Shown here: piece after piece, positions 18,690-30,194 of the stretch
Layout of the letters: every line of letters starts with the position of its first letter
Position numbering within the stretch: the first letter of the stretch is position 1
Origin: an uncultured Gemmatimonadales bacterium
GTDB lineage: Bacteria > Gemmatimonadota > Gemmatimonadetes > Gemmatimonadales > GWC2-71-9
Assembly (NCBI GenBank): GCA_963739455.1
Contig: CAVUAK010000001.1
Span: 704,001 to 768,000, forward strand
Reading direction: 5' to 3'
DNA: 64,000 nucleotides
Made by a program: the position numbers and the translations under genes
The notes under the pieces: model-generated
Database searches by the model: none
Seen by the model: the letters and a program-made list of their open reading frames with translations, nothing else
Told to the model about the DNA's origin: nothing

Positions 18690-20295
18690 GTTCCACCTTT
18701 GCCTGCAACAGCCACTTGTGCTGCGGGTCGACGACGATCGAAGTCGGTTCCCGCGTCACTGGTACCGTGACCCTGGTAGGCGAAGCGCTCGCATCGACCG
18801 TGACCAGCTTGCCGTCCACCGCGATCTCGAGCTTCGGGATCTGCCGCAGGCCCCACGCCGGCGGCTGAACCTGGGTGATCTCGAGTTCGACCGTGCTGCC
18901 GACGGGACGCCACCGCACGGTAAGCATGGGATATCCGGGCAGCATCAGCGCCTGGGTGAAGAACCAGTCGAGATCCTGGCCGGAAACCTCCTGCATCACC
19001 TGTTCGAAGTCAGACGACAGCGCCGTGCCGTTCCGGTATCGGCTGTAGTAGAGCTGCAGGCCCGCAAAGAAAGCCGAGTCTCCCACCAAACCGCGCAGTT
19101 CGTGCAGGACCCAGGCACCCTTGGGGTAGTTATTGCTGTTCAGCAGCCCCATGAGATCGGTGGCCGTCGTATCGACGATGGGCGTCTCGGTAACGGGGTT
19201 CTTCACGCGGACCCCGTCCTTGCCCTTCTGGTAGAACACCGTCTCGGCGTTGTGCTGCATCTTCGCCTGGAAGACGCTGTCACCGTGCACATGACCGAGC
19301 CAGAGCGCCGCGAGGTAGGTGGCGAACCCTTCCGACAACCAGAGATGATGCCAGTCGTCCTCGGTGACGGCGTCGCCGAACCACTGGTGCGCCGTCTCGT
19401 GCGCGATGATCTCCTCCGCAACATTCCTCGCGGCGTACATCTGCGCGGCATAGAAGATCGCGGTGGCGTTCTCCATGCCACCGAAGCGGGTACTGGTCTC
19501 CACATGGGCCAGGCTCGGGTATGGAAACGGTCCGACGATCTGGCTGAAGTACTCGACGATACCCGGCGCGATGCTGAATGCCTTCGCGGCGTACGCCGAG
19601 TCCTGCGGATAGGACCAGGCGGCCTGGGGGACGCAGGGCAGCGTGCACGAGGCCGGGGTCAGCGGGGTCACCGCCATGTGCGCCGCGCCGAAGACGAAGT
19701 TGGACGGCGGAATCCGCGTGCTGAGCCGGTACTGCCAGGCGGCGCGATTGCGAGCCAGGGTATCGACCTTGATGAGCGTTCCGTTGGCAATGACCTGCAG
19801 GTCGAGGGGGACTTCCACCCGGAAGTTCACCTCCGCCTTGTCGGAGGGGTGATCCTGCACCGGCAGCCAGAGATGGGCGCGGTCGGGCCAGTTGTCGGCG
19901 AAGAACGTCCGATTGCCGCTGGAGTCGATCCTGACGACAAGCCCGTCGCGTGCGGTGCCGTGGTAGCGGATGCGGGTGGTGAGGGTGTCGCCCGCCTTCT
20001 TGTCGTGCGGGATGTAGACGATGTTGTCCTGCCGTCCGTACTGGGTGCGATGGACGCGGGTGTTCTCCCGGCCGTCGATCAGCACGCGCACCACGCGCAT
20101 GGCGGAGTCGAGCGGCACCACCACGGGCGCATCGGATCCCAGCACCCAGACCGTCTCCACTTCGCCGACGAAATGGGCGCCGGTGTCACTCACCGCGATG
20201 AGGATATCGTAGCGGATCGCGTCGTGGGTGGTCTTGACGGTATCGGCGCGTGCGGCGAGCGGACCCTGGAGCGCCAGGAGTAGGGCGAGAATCAT
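18679..20295 (-). CDS. M1 family metalloaminopeptidase
   Basis: GGMEN, HETAHQWFG, LWLSEGFATY, YPKGAWVLH. Confidence 0.92.
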   Translation of the reverse strand: MILALLLALQGPLAARADTVKTTHDAIRYDILIAVSDTGAHFVGEVETVWVLGSDAPVVVPLDSAMRVVRVLIDGRENTRVHRTQYGRQDNIVYIPHDKKAGDTLTTRIRYHGTARDGLVVRIDSSGNRTFFADNWPDRAHLWLPVQDHPSDKAEVNFRVEVPLDLQVIANGTLIKVDTLARNRAAWQYRLSTRIPPSNFVFGAAHMAVTPLTPASCTLPCVPQAAWSYPQDSAYAAKAFSIAPGIVEYFSQIVGPFPYPSLAHVETSTRFGGMENATAIFYAAQMYAARNVAEEIIAHETAHQWFGDAVTEDDWHHLWLSEGFATYLAALWLGHVHGDSVFQAKMQHNAETVFYQKGKDGVRVKNPVTETPIVDTTATDLMGLLNSNNYPKGAWVLHELRGLVGDSAFFAGLQLYYSRYRNGTALSSDFEQVMQEVSGQDLDWFFTQALMLPGYPMLTVRWRPVGSTVELEITQVQPPAWGLRQIPKLEIAVDGKLVTVDASASPTRVTVPVTREPTSIVVDPQHKWLLQAKVERAP

Positions 20296-20723
20296 GAATC
20301 CCTGAGACTGAGCGTGAAGTGATAGGCACCGACGTGCATGCCCTCGCGGAAATAGAAGCGATGGGCCCGGAACCGATGGACCCCGGAATCGAGATCGAAG
20401 GAGTCACAGTCCTTGTCGCGGGCGTACTGGATGAGCCACTGGAGGAGCGTTGACCCATACGCGTGCGAGCGGCTGGCCTCGGCGGTGACGAGGTCATCGA
20501 CGTAGAGGTTCTTGCCGCGGGCCAGGAGGACGTTGATGCGGAACCCCGCCACGGCACGCACCTCACCATCGGCGTCCAGCGCCGCCAGCACGTAGCCCTC
20601 CCGCTGCATGGCTCGCACGAGCCGCACGAATGTGTCGGCCGCCAGGTGGGGCCGTAGCTCGTACATCACCGGGAAACAGCTGGCGATCTGGGCGTCGGTC
20701 TCGGCGATCCAGATGGCAGTCAT
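20292..20723 (-). CDS. GNAT N-acetyltransferase
   Basis: LYVDDLVT..RSHAYG, LDSGVHRFRAHRFY. Confidence 0.9.
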   Translation of the reverse strand: MTAIWIAETDAQIASCFPVMYELRPHLAADTFVRLVRAMQREGYVLAALDADGEVRAVAGFRINVLLARGKNLYVDDLVTAEASRSHAYGSTLLQWLIQYARDKDCDSFDLDSGVHRFRAHRFYFREGMHVGAYHFTLSLRDS

Positions 20724-20725
20724 CA

Positions 20726-20771
20726 GTCGGCAGTCGGCAGTCGTGAGTAAGTCATCGGTCGTCGGTCGATG
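20726..20771 (+). repeat. GTCGGCA/GTCGTGA heptamer array
   Basis: gtcggca gtcggca gtcgtga gtaa gtcatcg gtcgtcg gtcgatg. Confidence 0.8.
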
Positions 20772-21063
20772 CCACTTCGAAATCGATGGCTAGACGGGCC
20801 TCCCGAATGGGCAGCAGGTACGTCTTCGCGACGTACACGTGGTGAGGGTGATCGACGTAGCGCTTCACCGCGGCCATGTCATCGACCACCACCAGGAGGG
20901 CGTGGGTGTATTCAGTGCGGCTTTCGGCCTGATTGGGACCGAAGGCGACGCTGTGCACCTCAGGGATCTTGCCCTTCATGCCGAGGAGGGCGGCGCCGGC
21001 GGCCGCAACTTGCTCCGGCGTGGCGGAGGGGGTCCAGCGAAAGAGGACGATGTGGTGGATCAC
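20752..21063 (-). CDS. Dabb family (stress-responsive alpha/beta barrel) protein
   Basis: IHHIVLFRW, KIPEV, YVDHPHH, AIDFE. Confidence 0.9.
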   Translation of the reverse strand: MIHHIVLFRWTPSATPEQVAAAGAALLGMKGKIPEVHSVAFGPNQAESRTEYTHALLVVVDDMAAVKRYVDHPHHVYVAKTYLLPIREARLAIDFEVASTDDR

Positions 21064-21066
21064 CTT

Positions 21067-21112
21067 GGGAGTCGGCAGTCGACGGTCGTGAGTCGTGAGT
21101 CGTGAGTCGGAA
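21067..21112 (+). repeat. GTCGGCA/GTCGTGA heptamer array
   Basis: ggga gtcggca gtcgacg (gtcgtga)x3 gtcggaa. Confidence 0.9.
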
Positions 21113-21146
21113 CGGGGGGAAGTTAGCGCGGTGGCAGGTGGGCGCG

Positions 21147-21170
21147 AAAAAGGCGGGCACCTGGCCCGCC
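21147..21170 (-). terminator. Intrinsic terminator
   Basis: GGCGGGC-caggt-GCCCGCC-TTTTT on the minus strand, 6 nt after the small ORF stop. Confidence 0.85.
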
Positions 21171-21176
21171 CGGTTC

Positions 21177-21335
21177 CTAGGTTCTGAGCGGCTTGCGCCG
21201 TGTTCGAGCCCGAAAGGCCTCGTCCGCCTCATGGTCGATGTAGTCAACATCGATGGTCGACGCATGCAGGCCCCACCAGATCAGCCCCACCGCCGCAGCC
21301 GCCGCCATGGCCATTCCCAACGTGGCACCGTCCAT
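21177..21335 (-). CDS. 52-aa single-TM small protein (not in ORF track)
   Basis: RBS AGGGAGGT; MDGATLGMAMAAAAAVGLIWWGLHASTIDVDYIDHEADEAFRARTRRKPLRT; own terminator. Confidence 0.7.
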   Translation of the reverse strand: MDGATLGMAMAAAAAVGLIWWGLHASTIDVDYIDHEADEAFRARTRRKPLRT

Positions 21336-21530
21336 TGCATACCTCCCTCAATGGTGTCGGCGTGAGGCGCCGATCGCACGCAACCACCACAAGTTGCTGA
21401 AAGAGATATGCCACAATGAAGGTGATGGTACGGCATCACTTCGCCGCAGTGGTACACGTTTCATCGCCGCACTTGCAGCAATACCGCCATAGCAAGCGCA
21501 CCGCGACATACTGGCGCTGTCGTGACGGCG

Positions 21531-22510
21531 TTACGTGCCGAACAGGCGCCGAAAAAATCCCTTCTCCTCGGCCGCGGCCAGCTCATCCGCAAACGCCTGC
21601 ATCGACTGATACCGCTGATCGGGACTGAGTGCCATGGCGCGGTTGAGCACCACCTCCACCCGCGACGGCAAGTCGGGCCGTACCGAGCGCGCCGCCCGCG
21701 GGCGACCCCTCAACCGGGACATCATCGACTCCTGCGACGTCCTCCCCGCGAACGGCAGCTGCCCGGTGAAGAGCTCGAACGCCACGATGCCGAGCCCGAA
21801 GATGTCGCTCCGCGCGTCAATCTTCTCCCCGCGCACCTGCTCGGGGCTCATGAACTCCGGCGTGCCGAGAATGATGCCGGTCTGGGTAAGGCGCACGAGA
21901 TCGAGGGTCGGGCTGGATGGCCTTTCCCAGCCCGAAATCCATGACGACGGCGCGAATGCCGCCGGGCACCGTCTCATCGGGCACGAGCATGATGTTCTCG
22001 GGCTTGAGGTCGCGGTGGATGACGCCCAGGTCGTGCGCGTGCTGCAGTCCATGGCACACCTGCACCAGCAGCAGCACCGCCTCGCCCACCGGATAGGGAC
22101 CGCGCCGCGTCTCGGAGTCGTTGAGCGACTCACCCCGCAGGTACGGCATGGTGAGGTAGAGCATGCCGTCGGCTGGTCTCACCGACATGGAGGATGCGGC
22201 AGACGTTGGGGTGATCAAACCGCTCGGCCAGCAGTGCCTCGCGCTTGAGGCGCTGCACCGATGCGGGATCGGCGGCGAGGCGCGGCGTCAGGACCTTGAT
22301 GGCGACGTCAGAGTTCGCCACCTGGTCGCGGCCCTGGTACACGCAGGACATGCCGCCCTCGCCCAGCCGGCGCACGACGCGATACCGGTCATCGATGACC
22401 TGGTTCAGGTGAAGCGTGGGAGGAAGGGGTGCGAGCGGATCTTCGATGCGATGGGAGCGAACGTCTCGGCTGGGTCTCGACGTCGGCAAGGGGAGTACCG
22501 TCCCGGGCAC
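21531..22510 (-). CDS. Hanks-type Ser/Thr protein kinase (2 frameshifts; start uncertain)
   Basis: LGEGGMSCVY, VAIKVL, HRDLKPEN, DFG, GTPEFMSPEQ across three frames. Confidence 0.88.
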
Positions 22511-22564
22511 AGAAGCGGGCCGGCGGTTCGAACAGCAGCTGGCAGCGGGGACAGCGACGGGTGC

Positions 22565-23493
22565 TCACACCGGAGGTCCCGTTCGCTCCCCGGCACCTGC
22601 CTCCGCGATCCGCTCGAGGGTACGGACCGCGGCATCGACAATTTCACGGGCGAACCCGACATCGCGCTGGTCGAGCGGCGCGTCGGCGGTGGTGGTGCGG
22701 AGGAAGAAGACGCCGGCGGGTTCACCGCGCAGCTCGAACCGGATGGCGATGGCGGAGCGAAGCGGCACCGCCAGGCCGTCGGCGCGCCAGGCGTCGCGGA
22801 TGGCCTGGTAGAGCGGATCGGTGGCGACGTCTTCCACGTGCACCACCTCGCCGGTATCGAGCGCGCGTCGGAGTTCCGGATAGCGCGTCAGGTCCACCGC
22901 CAGCGACTGGACCGATGGATCCTCATAGGCGGCAACCACGGTGCCCTCGATGTCACCCGGCCTCGCCAGGATGATGGAGCAGCGGGGAATGCGGAGGCCC
23001 TGTGCCACGCGGCGCACGAGGAGCTGGAAGATCTCGCTGGTGGTGAGGCCGGTGGTGACGTCGGCCATCACGTTGGCGGGGGTGCGCGCCACGCGCTCCA
23101 TCTGCCCATCCTGGGCCTCGTGTCGCGCGCGGAGCTGCGCCTTCACCCGGGCCACCAGTTCATGCACCCGGAACGGCTTGGCGATGAAATCCTGCGGCCC
23201 CGCGCCGAGTGCGGCATAGACATCGGCGTCGGGAGGTCGCGACGAGAGCAGCAGCAGCCCCGGCACCGGTGAGGCGGCAGCGCGGAGCCGGGCGACCTCC
23301 GCGGCAGCTGTCGTCTCCCGCGGCGACGATGTCCACCAGCAGCAGGTCGGCGGGCCCGTCCGCGAGCGCCGCGGCCAGCTCCTCGACGTCGGGCACCGCC
23401 GACCGCATCGTAGCCATGTTCGCGAAGGACGCGGATCAGCGTGCGTCCGAGCGAAAGGTCGGGATCGAGGATGACGAGCCGGGGCGGCGTCAT
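22565..23493 (-). CDS. Response-regulator receiver plus GAF domain protein (frameshifted)
   Basis: LVILDPD, ADLLLVD, DFIAKPF; GAF-like RCSIIL...YPELRRAL...GVFFLR. Confidence 0.75.
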
Positions 23494-24463
23494 CCTGCGA
23501 TGAATCTCGAGAAGGCGGTGTCGTCCACATTGCCGCCCGATGCGATGACGGCAACGGGACCGGTGGGGCGATAGCGGCCGGCAAGAAGCGCCGCCGACCG
23601 ACGCCGCGCCCGACGGCTCGACCCGAAGCCCGGCCTCGACGTGAAGGTGACGCACGGCGGCACCGATGTCGGCGTCGGTGACCTGCACCGCCTGTGCTAC
23701 CGCATCGCGGAACACCTCGAAGGGCAGCTTGCCGACGCTGGGCGGGATGAGTCCGTCGGCGACGCTGGTGGGTGACTCGAGCGTCACGGGCGCACCTGAC
23801 CGAAGCGCGGCCGCCAGCTTCGCCGCGCCCTCCGGCTCCACCGCGATGAGGTCGACCTCGGACCCGGTGGCCGCAATCGCCGCGGCGGCGCCGGCGATGA
23901 GACCGCCGCCGCCGACCTGCACCAGCAGCGCACGCACCTCCGGCCACTCCTCGAGGATTTCCATGGTGAGGGTGCCCTGCCCCGCGATCACGTCGGCGTG
24001 CTCATAGGGCGGGATCAGCACCAGTCCCTCGCGCTCGGCGATGTCGGCACAGACCCTCACGCGTTCATGTCGCTCCACGAACACGATCTCGGCGCCGTGG
24101 CTCTTCACGCCCGGCCACCTTCACTGCCGGCGAGTCCTTCGGCATGACGATGACCGCGCGCACGCCGAATTTCTTCCCGGCGAAGGCGACGGCCTGGGCG
24201 TGATTGCCGCTGGAATGGGTGACGATGCCGCGCGCCCGCACCTCTGGGTCGAGGCGGGAGATGGCGGTCCAGGCGCCGCGGATCTTGAAGGCGCCGATGG
24301 GCTGGAGGAATTCGGCCTTGAGGCGGACCGGAACGCCGAGTTGTTCGGACAGTGCGACCAGCGGGATCAACGGCGTCCGGACCGCCACCCCGTCGAGCCC
24401 GGCTGCGGCGCGACGGAGGTTCGCGAGGTCGACCAGCGGCGGCCTCACGGCCGCCTCAGGCAT
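23490..24463 (-). CDS. PLP-dependent threonine/serine dehydratase (frameshifted)
   Basis: RTPL, GAFKIRGA, HSSGNHAQ, AGQGT, VGGGGL, VEPSGAAS, SGGNVD. Confidence 0.88.
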
Positions 24464-26951
24464 CCCCGTCCGCTGGGGCCGCCGCCTCGGTGGCGTCCCC
24501 TTCCTCGGCGGCACCCGTCTTCCTTCACGACGCGCGCGACACCAACCACCGCATCGCCACCATCGAGGTTCATGACCCGCACGCCCTGCGTGTTGCGGCC
24601 GATGACGCGGATGCCGTCCACCGGCACCCGGATGATGATGCCCTGCTTCGTGATCATCATCAGCTCGTCCTCGGGAATCACTTCCTTGAGGGCGACGATG
24701 GGGCCGGTCTTGTCGGTGACCTTGAGGGTGATGATGCCGCGACCGCCGCGCTTCTGCACCCGGTAGTCGATCAGCTCGGAGCGCTTGCCGTAGCCCTTCT
24801 CGCTCACGACGAGCATGGTGCAGTCGCGCCGCACCACGACCATGCCGATGACGCGCATCGCCTTCATCGAGCTCGACGCCCTTCACCCCGGTGGTGGCGC
24901 GGCCCATCTCGCGGACATCGCTGTGATGGAACCGGATGCTCATGCCGCCGCGCGTGGCCAGGACGATGTCGCTGTTCGCGTCGCAGACCTGCACGTCGAT
25001 CAGCTCGTCGCCTTCCTCGATGTTGATGGCGCGGATGCCGTTGGTGCGCACGTTGCCGTACTCGGAGAGCACCGTCTTCTTCACGGTGCCGTTCCGGGTG
25101 GCGAAGAAGAGGTGCTTGTCGTCGGAGAACTCGCGCACCGGCACCAGGGACGCGATGTGCTCGGTCGGCTTGATGGCGATGCAGTTGACCACCGGCTTGC
25201 CGCGCGCCGCGCGCCCCGCCTGCGGGATTTCATGCACCTTGAGCCAGTAGACGTGGCCCTCGTTGCTGAAGAACATCAGGTAGTCGTGCGTGCTGGCGAT
25301 GAAGAGGTGCTCGACCCAGTCGTCGGCCTTCAGGTCGGCGCCGGTGGCGCCGCGGCCGCCGCGCCGCTGCTTGCGGTAGCTGGAGACCGGGATGCGCTTG
25401 ATGTAGCCGGTGTGGGAGATGGTGATGACCATGTCCTCCTCGGCGATCATGTCCTCGACCGTGAACTCGCCCTGGTCGGCGAGGATCTCGGTGCGGCGAT
25501 CGTCGCCGAAGTCCTTGGCGACCTCGCGCATCTCTTCCTTGAGGATGGTCATGCGCCGCTCACGGCTCGCCAGGATGCTCTTCAGCTCCTTGATCGTGGC
25601 GCGCACCTCCCCCAGCTCGGCTTCCAGCTTCTCGATTTCGAGGCCGGTGAGCTTGGCGAGGCGCATGTTGAGGATGGCGTCGGTCTGCTTCTCCGAGAGC
25701 TTGAACCGCGCGCGCAGCTTCTTGTCGGCGTCGGCGGTGTCCGTCGGAGCCCCGGATGATCTTGATCACCTCGTCGATGTTGTCGACGGCGATCTTGAGC
25801 CCCTCGAGGATGTGCTCGCGCGCCTGTGCGGCGTCGAGGTCGAACTGGGTGCGCCGGGTGATCACCTCGTGCCGGTGCGCGATGTACCGGAGGATGATGT
25901 CCTTCAGGTTCATCACCTTCGGCGCGCCGTTGTCGAGCGCGAGCATGATGACGCCGAAGGTGGACTGCATCGAGGTGTGCTTGTAGAGCTGGTTCAGCAC
26001 GACGTTGGGAATCGCGTCGCGCTTGAGCTCGATGACGATCCGCATGCCGTCCTTGTCGGACTCGTCATTGACCCGGAGATGCCCTCGAGCTTCTTCTCCG
26101 CCGCCAGCTCGGCGATGGCCCGCACCAGGTTCTCCTTGTTCACCTGGTAGGGGATTTCCGTCACCACGATCTTCGACTTGCCCGACGTCTCGTGCTCCTC
26201 GATCTGGGCCCGCGCGCGCATGATGACGCGACCGCGGCCGTTCTCGTACGCCTCGGTGATGCCCTGCCGGCCGTAGATGTATCCGCCGGTGGGGAAGTCG
26301 GGACCCGGGAATGACCTTCCGCAGGTCGGCGATGGTGGCGTCGGGGTTGTCCACCAGCAGCTCGACGCCCTTCGCCACTTCACGCAGGTTGTGCGGCGGA
26401 ATGTTCGTCGCCATGCCGACGGCGATGCCGCTGGAGCCGTTGACGAGGAGGTTCGGGATGCGGGACGGGAGGACGGTCGGCTCCTGGAGCCGGTCGTCGT
26501 AGTTCGGCTGGAAGACGACGGTGTTCTTGTCGATGTCGTCGAGCATCGTGACCGCGACGCGCGTCAGGCGCGCCTCGGTGTACCGGTACGCCGCCGCGGG
26601 ATCGCCGTCGACCGAGCCGAAGTTGCCCTGCCCGTCCACCAGCGGATAGCGCAGGGAGAACTCCTGCACCATGCGCACCATCGCGTCGTACACCGAACTG
26701 TCGCCGTGCGGGTGGTACTTGCCGAGCACGTCGCCCACCACCGTCGCGGACTTCTTGTAGCCGCGGCCCGGTACCAGGCCGAGCTCGTTCATCGCGTAGA
26801 GGATGCGCCGGTGCACCGGCTTGAGGCCGTCGCGCACATCGGGCAGTGCGCGCGACACGATGACGCTCATCGAGTAGTTGATGAACGACTGCTGCATTTC
26901 CTCTTCGATGAGGCGCGGAACGATCCGTTCGCGACTGTTCGGTGCGGTCAT
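24456..26951 (-). CDS. gyrA: DNA gyrase subunit A (about 5 apparent frameshifts)
   Basis: [31 protein letters not shown], GyrA-box QRRGGRG, restored acidic tail. Confidence 0.95.
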
Positions 26952-27076
26952 GAGCGTCCAGGGTCGGGTGGGTCAGCGGCCGTTTGGGGGCGGCCGGAAC
27001 AGGCCCGAAAGATACCCGGGACGCCAGCGTTGCGGCAAGCGAAAAGTGAGCTCCTAAACGCTTGGGAGACAGGTGC

Positions 27077-30000
27077 TTATGCGGTGCCCTCCGACCGGAC
27101 CACGGTTCCCGCCCGCCGGGTGGCAAACCAGTGCTGCAGTTCGTCGAACCAGACGTAGAACACCGGCGTGATGTAGAGCGTCACCAGCTGCGAAAATGCC
27201 AGCCCGCCCACCACCGCCAGGCCCAGCGGACGGCGCGACTCGGCACCGGCTCCGGCGCCGAGCGCGATGGGCAGCGTGCCCATCAGGGCCGCCATGGTGG
27301 TCATCATGATCGGGCGGAAGCGGGCCGACGCCGCCTCGAGGATCGACTGCTCCGGCCCCTTCCCGGTCCGCTCCGCCTCGATGGCGAAGTCGATCATCAT
27401 GATCGCGTTCTTCTTGACCAGGCCCACCAGCAGGATGATGCCGACGAAGGCGTAGACGCTCAGGTCCTGCCGGAAGATGAGCAGCGTGAGCAGTGCGCCG
27501 AACCCGGCGAACGGGCAGGCCGGTGAGGATGGTGAGCGGATGGACGAAGCTCTCGTACAGGATGCCGAGCACGATGTAGATCACCGCGACGGCGAGGATC
27601 AGGAGGATGAGCAGGCCCGCCTGGGCGTCGGCAAAGGCCTGCGCCGCGCCCGGAGAAGCTGGCGGTGATCCCGGTGCCGATGAGCGGCGTGGCGGCGGCC
27701 TCGACCGCCTTCACGGCGTCACCGATGGCCACGCCCGGCGCCAGGTTGAACGAGATGGTGACCGACGGCAGCTGGCCCGAGTGGTTCACCGAGAGCGGAC
27801 CCACCGTCTCGCGTCACGGTGGCGAGCGCGGTGAGCGGCACCAGGGTGCCGTTGGGCGCGCGCACCGAGAGGAGCCGCATGGCGTCGAGGTCGCGCTGGT
27901 ACTGCGGCAGCAGCTCCATCACCACGAAGTACTGGTTGTTGTCGGTGAAGATGGTGGAGACCTGTCCCGCGCCGTAGGCGTTGTACAGCGCCTGCTCGAT
28001 CTGCTGCACCGTGACACCGAGCGACGAGGCCCGGTCGCGATCGATGGCGACGTTGATCTGCGGATTCTTGATCTGCAGGTCGCTGGTGACGTCGCGCAGC
28101 TGCGGCAGCGCCGCCAGGGTGGCCTCGAGCTTCTTCTCGGTGGCGTAGAGCGCGTCGATGTCGCTCCCCTGCAGCGTGTACTGGTAGAGGCTCTTGGAGG
28201 AGCGGCCGCCGATGTTGATGGGCGGCGGGTTGGTGAAGTACACCCGGATGCCCGGCACCGCCGAGAGCTTGCGGGTGAGCTGGCGGGCCACGCCGTCGGC
28301 GTCGAGCTTCCGGTCCTGCCCTCGGCTTGAGCTTGACGATGAAGCGGCCCTGATTGGTGGCCGCCGCGCGGCCGCCCGACCCGATGGCCGACATGAAGCC
28401 CTCGACGTTCTCGTCGGCCACCAGGATCTGCATCGCCGCCTGCTGGTACCGCACCATCGCCTCGAACGACGTGCCCTCCGCCGCCTCGGTGGTGCCGCGA
28501 AGCTGGTCCTGGTCCTCGCTGGGAATGAATCCCTTGGGCACCATCTGCCAGAGCACCACGGTGCCCAGCCAGGATGAGCAGGCTGAACACGAGTGCGGCG
28601 GGACGCCGGGCCATCACCCAGGCCAGGGTGCGCTCGTAGAGCGCGAGCGTCTTCTCGTAGCCTCGCTCGAACCAGGCGGTGGCCTGCTCCACCCGGCTGG
28701 GCTTGCCGCCGTGCTGCGTCGGCTTGAGGAAGCGGCTGCCGAGCATCGGCGTGAGCGTCAGCGACACGAAGGCCGACACCAGGATCGACACCGCGATGGT
28801 GACGGAGAACTCGCGGAAGAGCCTGCCGACAATGCCGCCAAGGAACAGCAGCGGAATGAAGACCGCCACCAGCGACAGGGTCATCGAGAGAATGGTGAAG
28901 CCGATCTCCTTCGACCCGTTGAGCGCCGCCTGCATCGGGCGTCTCGCCCATTTCCATGTGGCGGACGATGTTCTCCAGCATCACGATGGCGTCGTCCACC
29001 ACGAAGCCCACCGAGAGCGTCAGCGCCATGAGCGACAGGTTGTCGAGGCTGTAGCCCAGCACCTTCATGACCGCGAAGGTGGCGAGCAGCGACATCGGCA
29101 GTGCCAGGCTGGGGATGATGGTGGCCGAGATGTTCCGGAGGAACAGGAAGATGACGAGCACCACCAGGCAGAGCGTCAGGTAGAGGGTGAACTTCACGTC
29201 ATCCACCGACTCGCGGATCGTCTCGGAGCGGTCGTAGATGGTGGTCACGTCCACCGACGGCGGCAGGGTGAGCCCGATCTCGGCCATCGTCTTCCGCACG
29301 CGGGCCGCCACCTCGACGGTGTTGGTGCCCGGCTGCCGGATATATGGCGAGGACGATGCCGCGGGTCTGGTTGTACCAGGCAGCGGCCTTGGTGTCCTGC
29401 ACGCTGTCGATGACGCGGCCGAGATCCTCGAGCCGCACCGGGCGGCCATTTCGCCAGGCCACGATGAGGGGACGGAACTCCGAGGCGTTCTGCAGCTGGC
29501 CGGTGGCCTGCACGGCGTAGGCCCGGTCGGTGCCCCAGAGAATGCCGGTCGGCAGGTTGACGTTGCCCTGGTCGATGGCATCACTCACTTCATCGATGCC
29601 GATCTGCCGCGCCGCCATGGCCTGGGGATCGAGCTGTATCCGCACGGCGTACTTCTGCGAGCCGTAGACCTGCACCTGCGCCACGCCCTCGACGGTCGAG
29701 AGCCGCTGCCCGATCGTGACCTGGCCGAACTCGTCGAGCTGGGACAGCTTGAGCGACGCCGAGGTCAGCGCGTAGACGATGATCGGCGACTGCGACGGGT
29801 CCACCTTCTGGTAGGTGGGCGGAACGATGTTCTGCGGCAGCTGCCGGATGGTCTGGGTGATCGCAGCCTGCACGTCGCTCGCCGCCGCATCGATGTCGCG
29901 GTCGAGGGCGAACTGCAGCGCGATCTGGGTGTTGCCCTGGAAGCTGGTGGAGGTGATCACCTCCAGGCCGGCGATGGTGGAGAACTGCTTCTCCAGCGGT

Positions 30001-30194
30001 GTCGCCACCGAGGCGGCCATGGTGGTGGGGCTCGCTCCAGGCACCGACGCGCTCACCGAGATGGTGGGGTAGTCCACCGGCGGCAAGTCACTGACGGGAA
30101 GGGTGCGATACGCCACCAGCCCGAACACGAGAATGCCGGCCATGAGCAACGTCGTCATGACCGGCCGCTTGATGAATGGTTCGCTCAGGTTCAT
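27077..30194 (-). CDS. RND efflux permease, MdtB/C-like (several frameshifts)
   Basis: [44 protein letters not shown]. Confidence 0.92.

Noticed and set aside
21397..21412. Sigma-54 promoter TGGCATATCTCTTTC (minus), and a similar one near 44373
   Set aside because: The -12 position reads TC rather than the conserved GC.
24456..26951. gyrA as a pseudogene or programmed-frameshift gene
   Set aside because: Essential gene with all motifs intact; similar indels hit many unrelated genes; no consistent slippery site.
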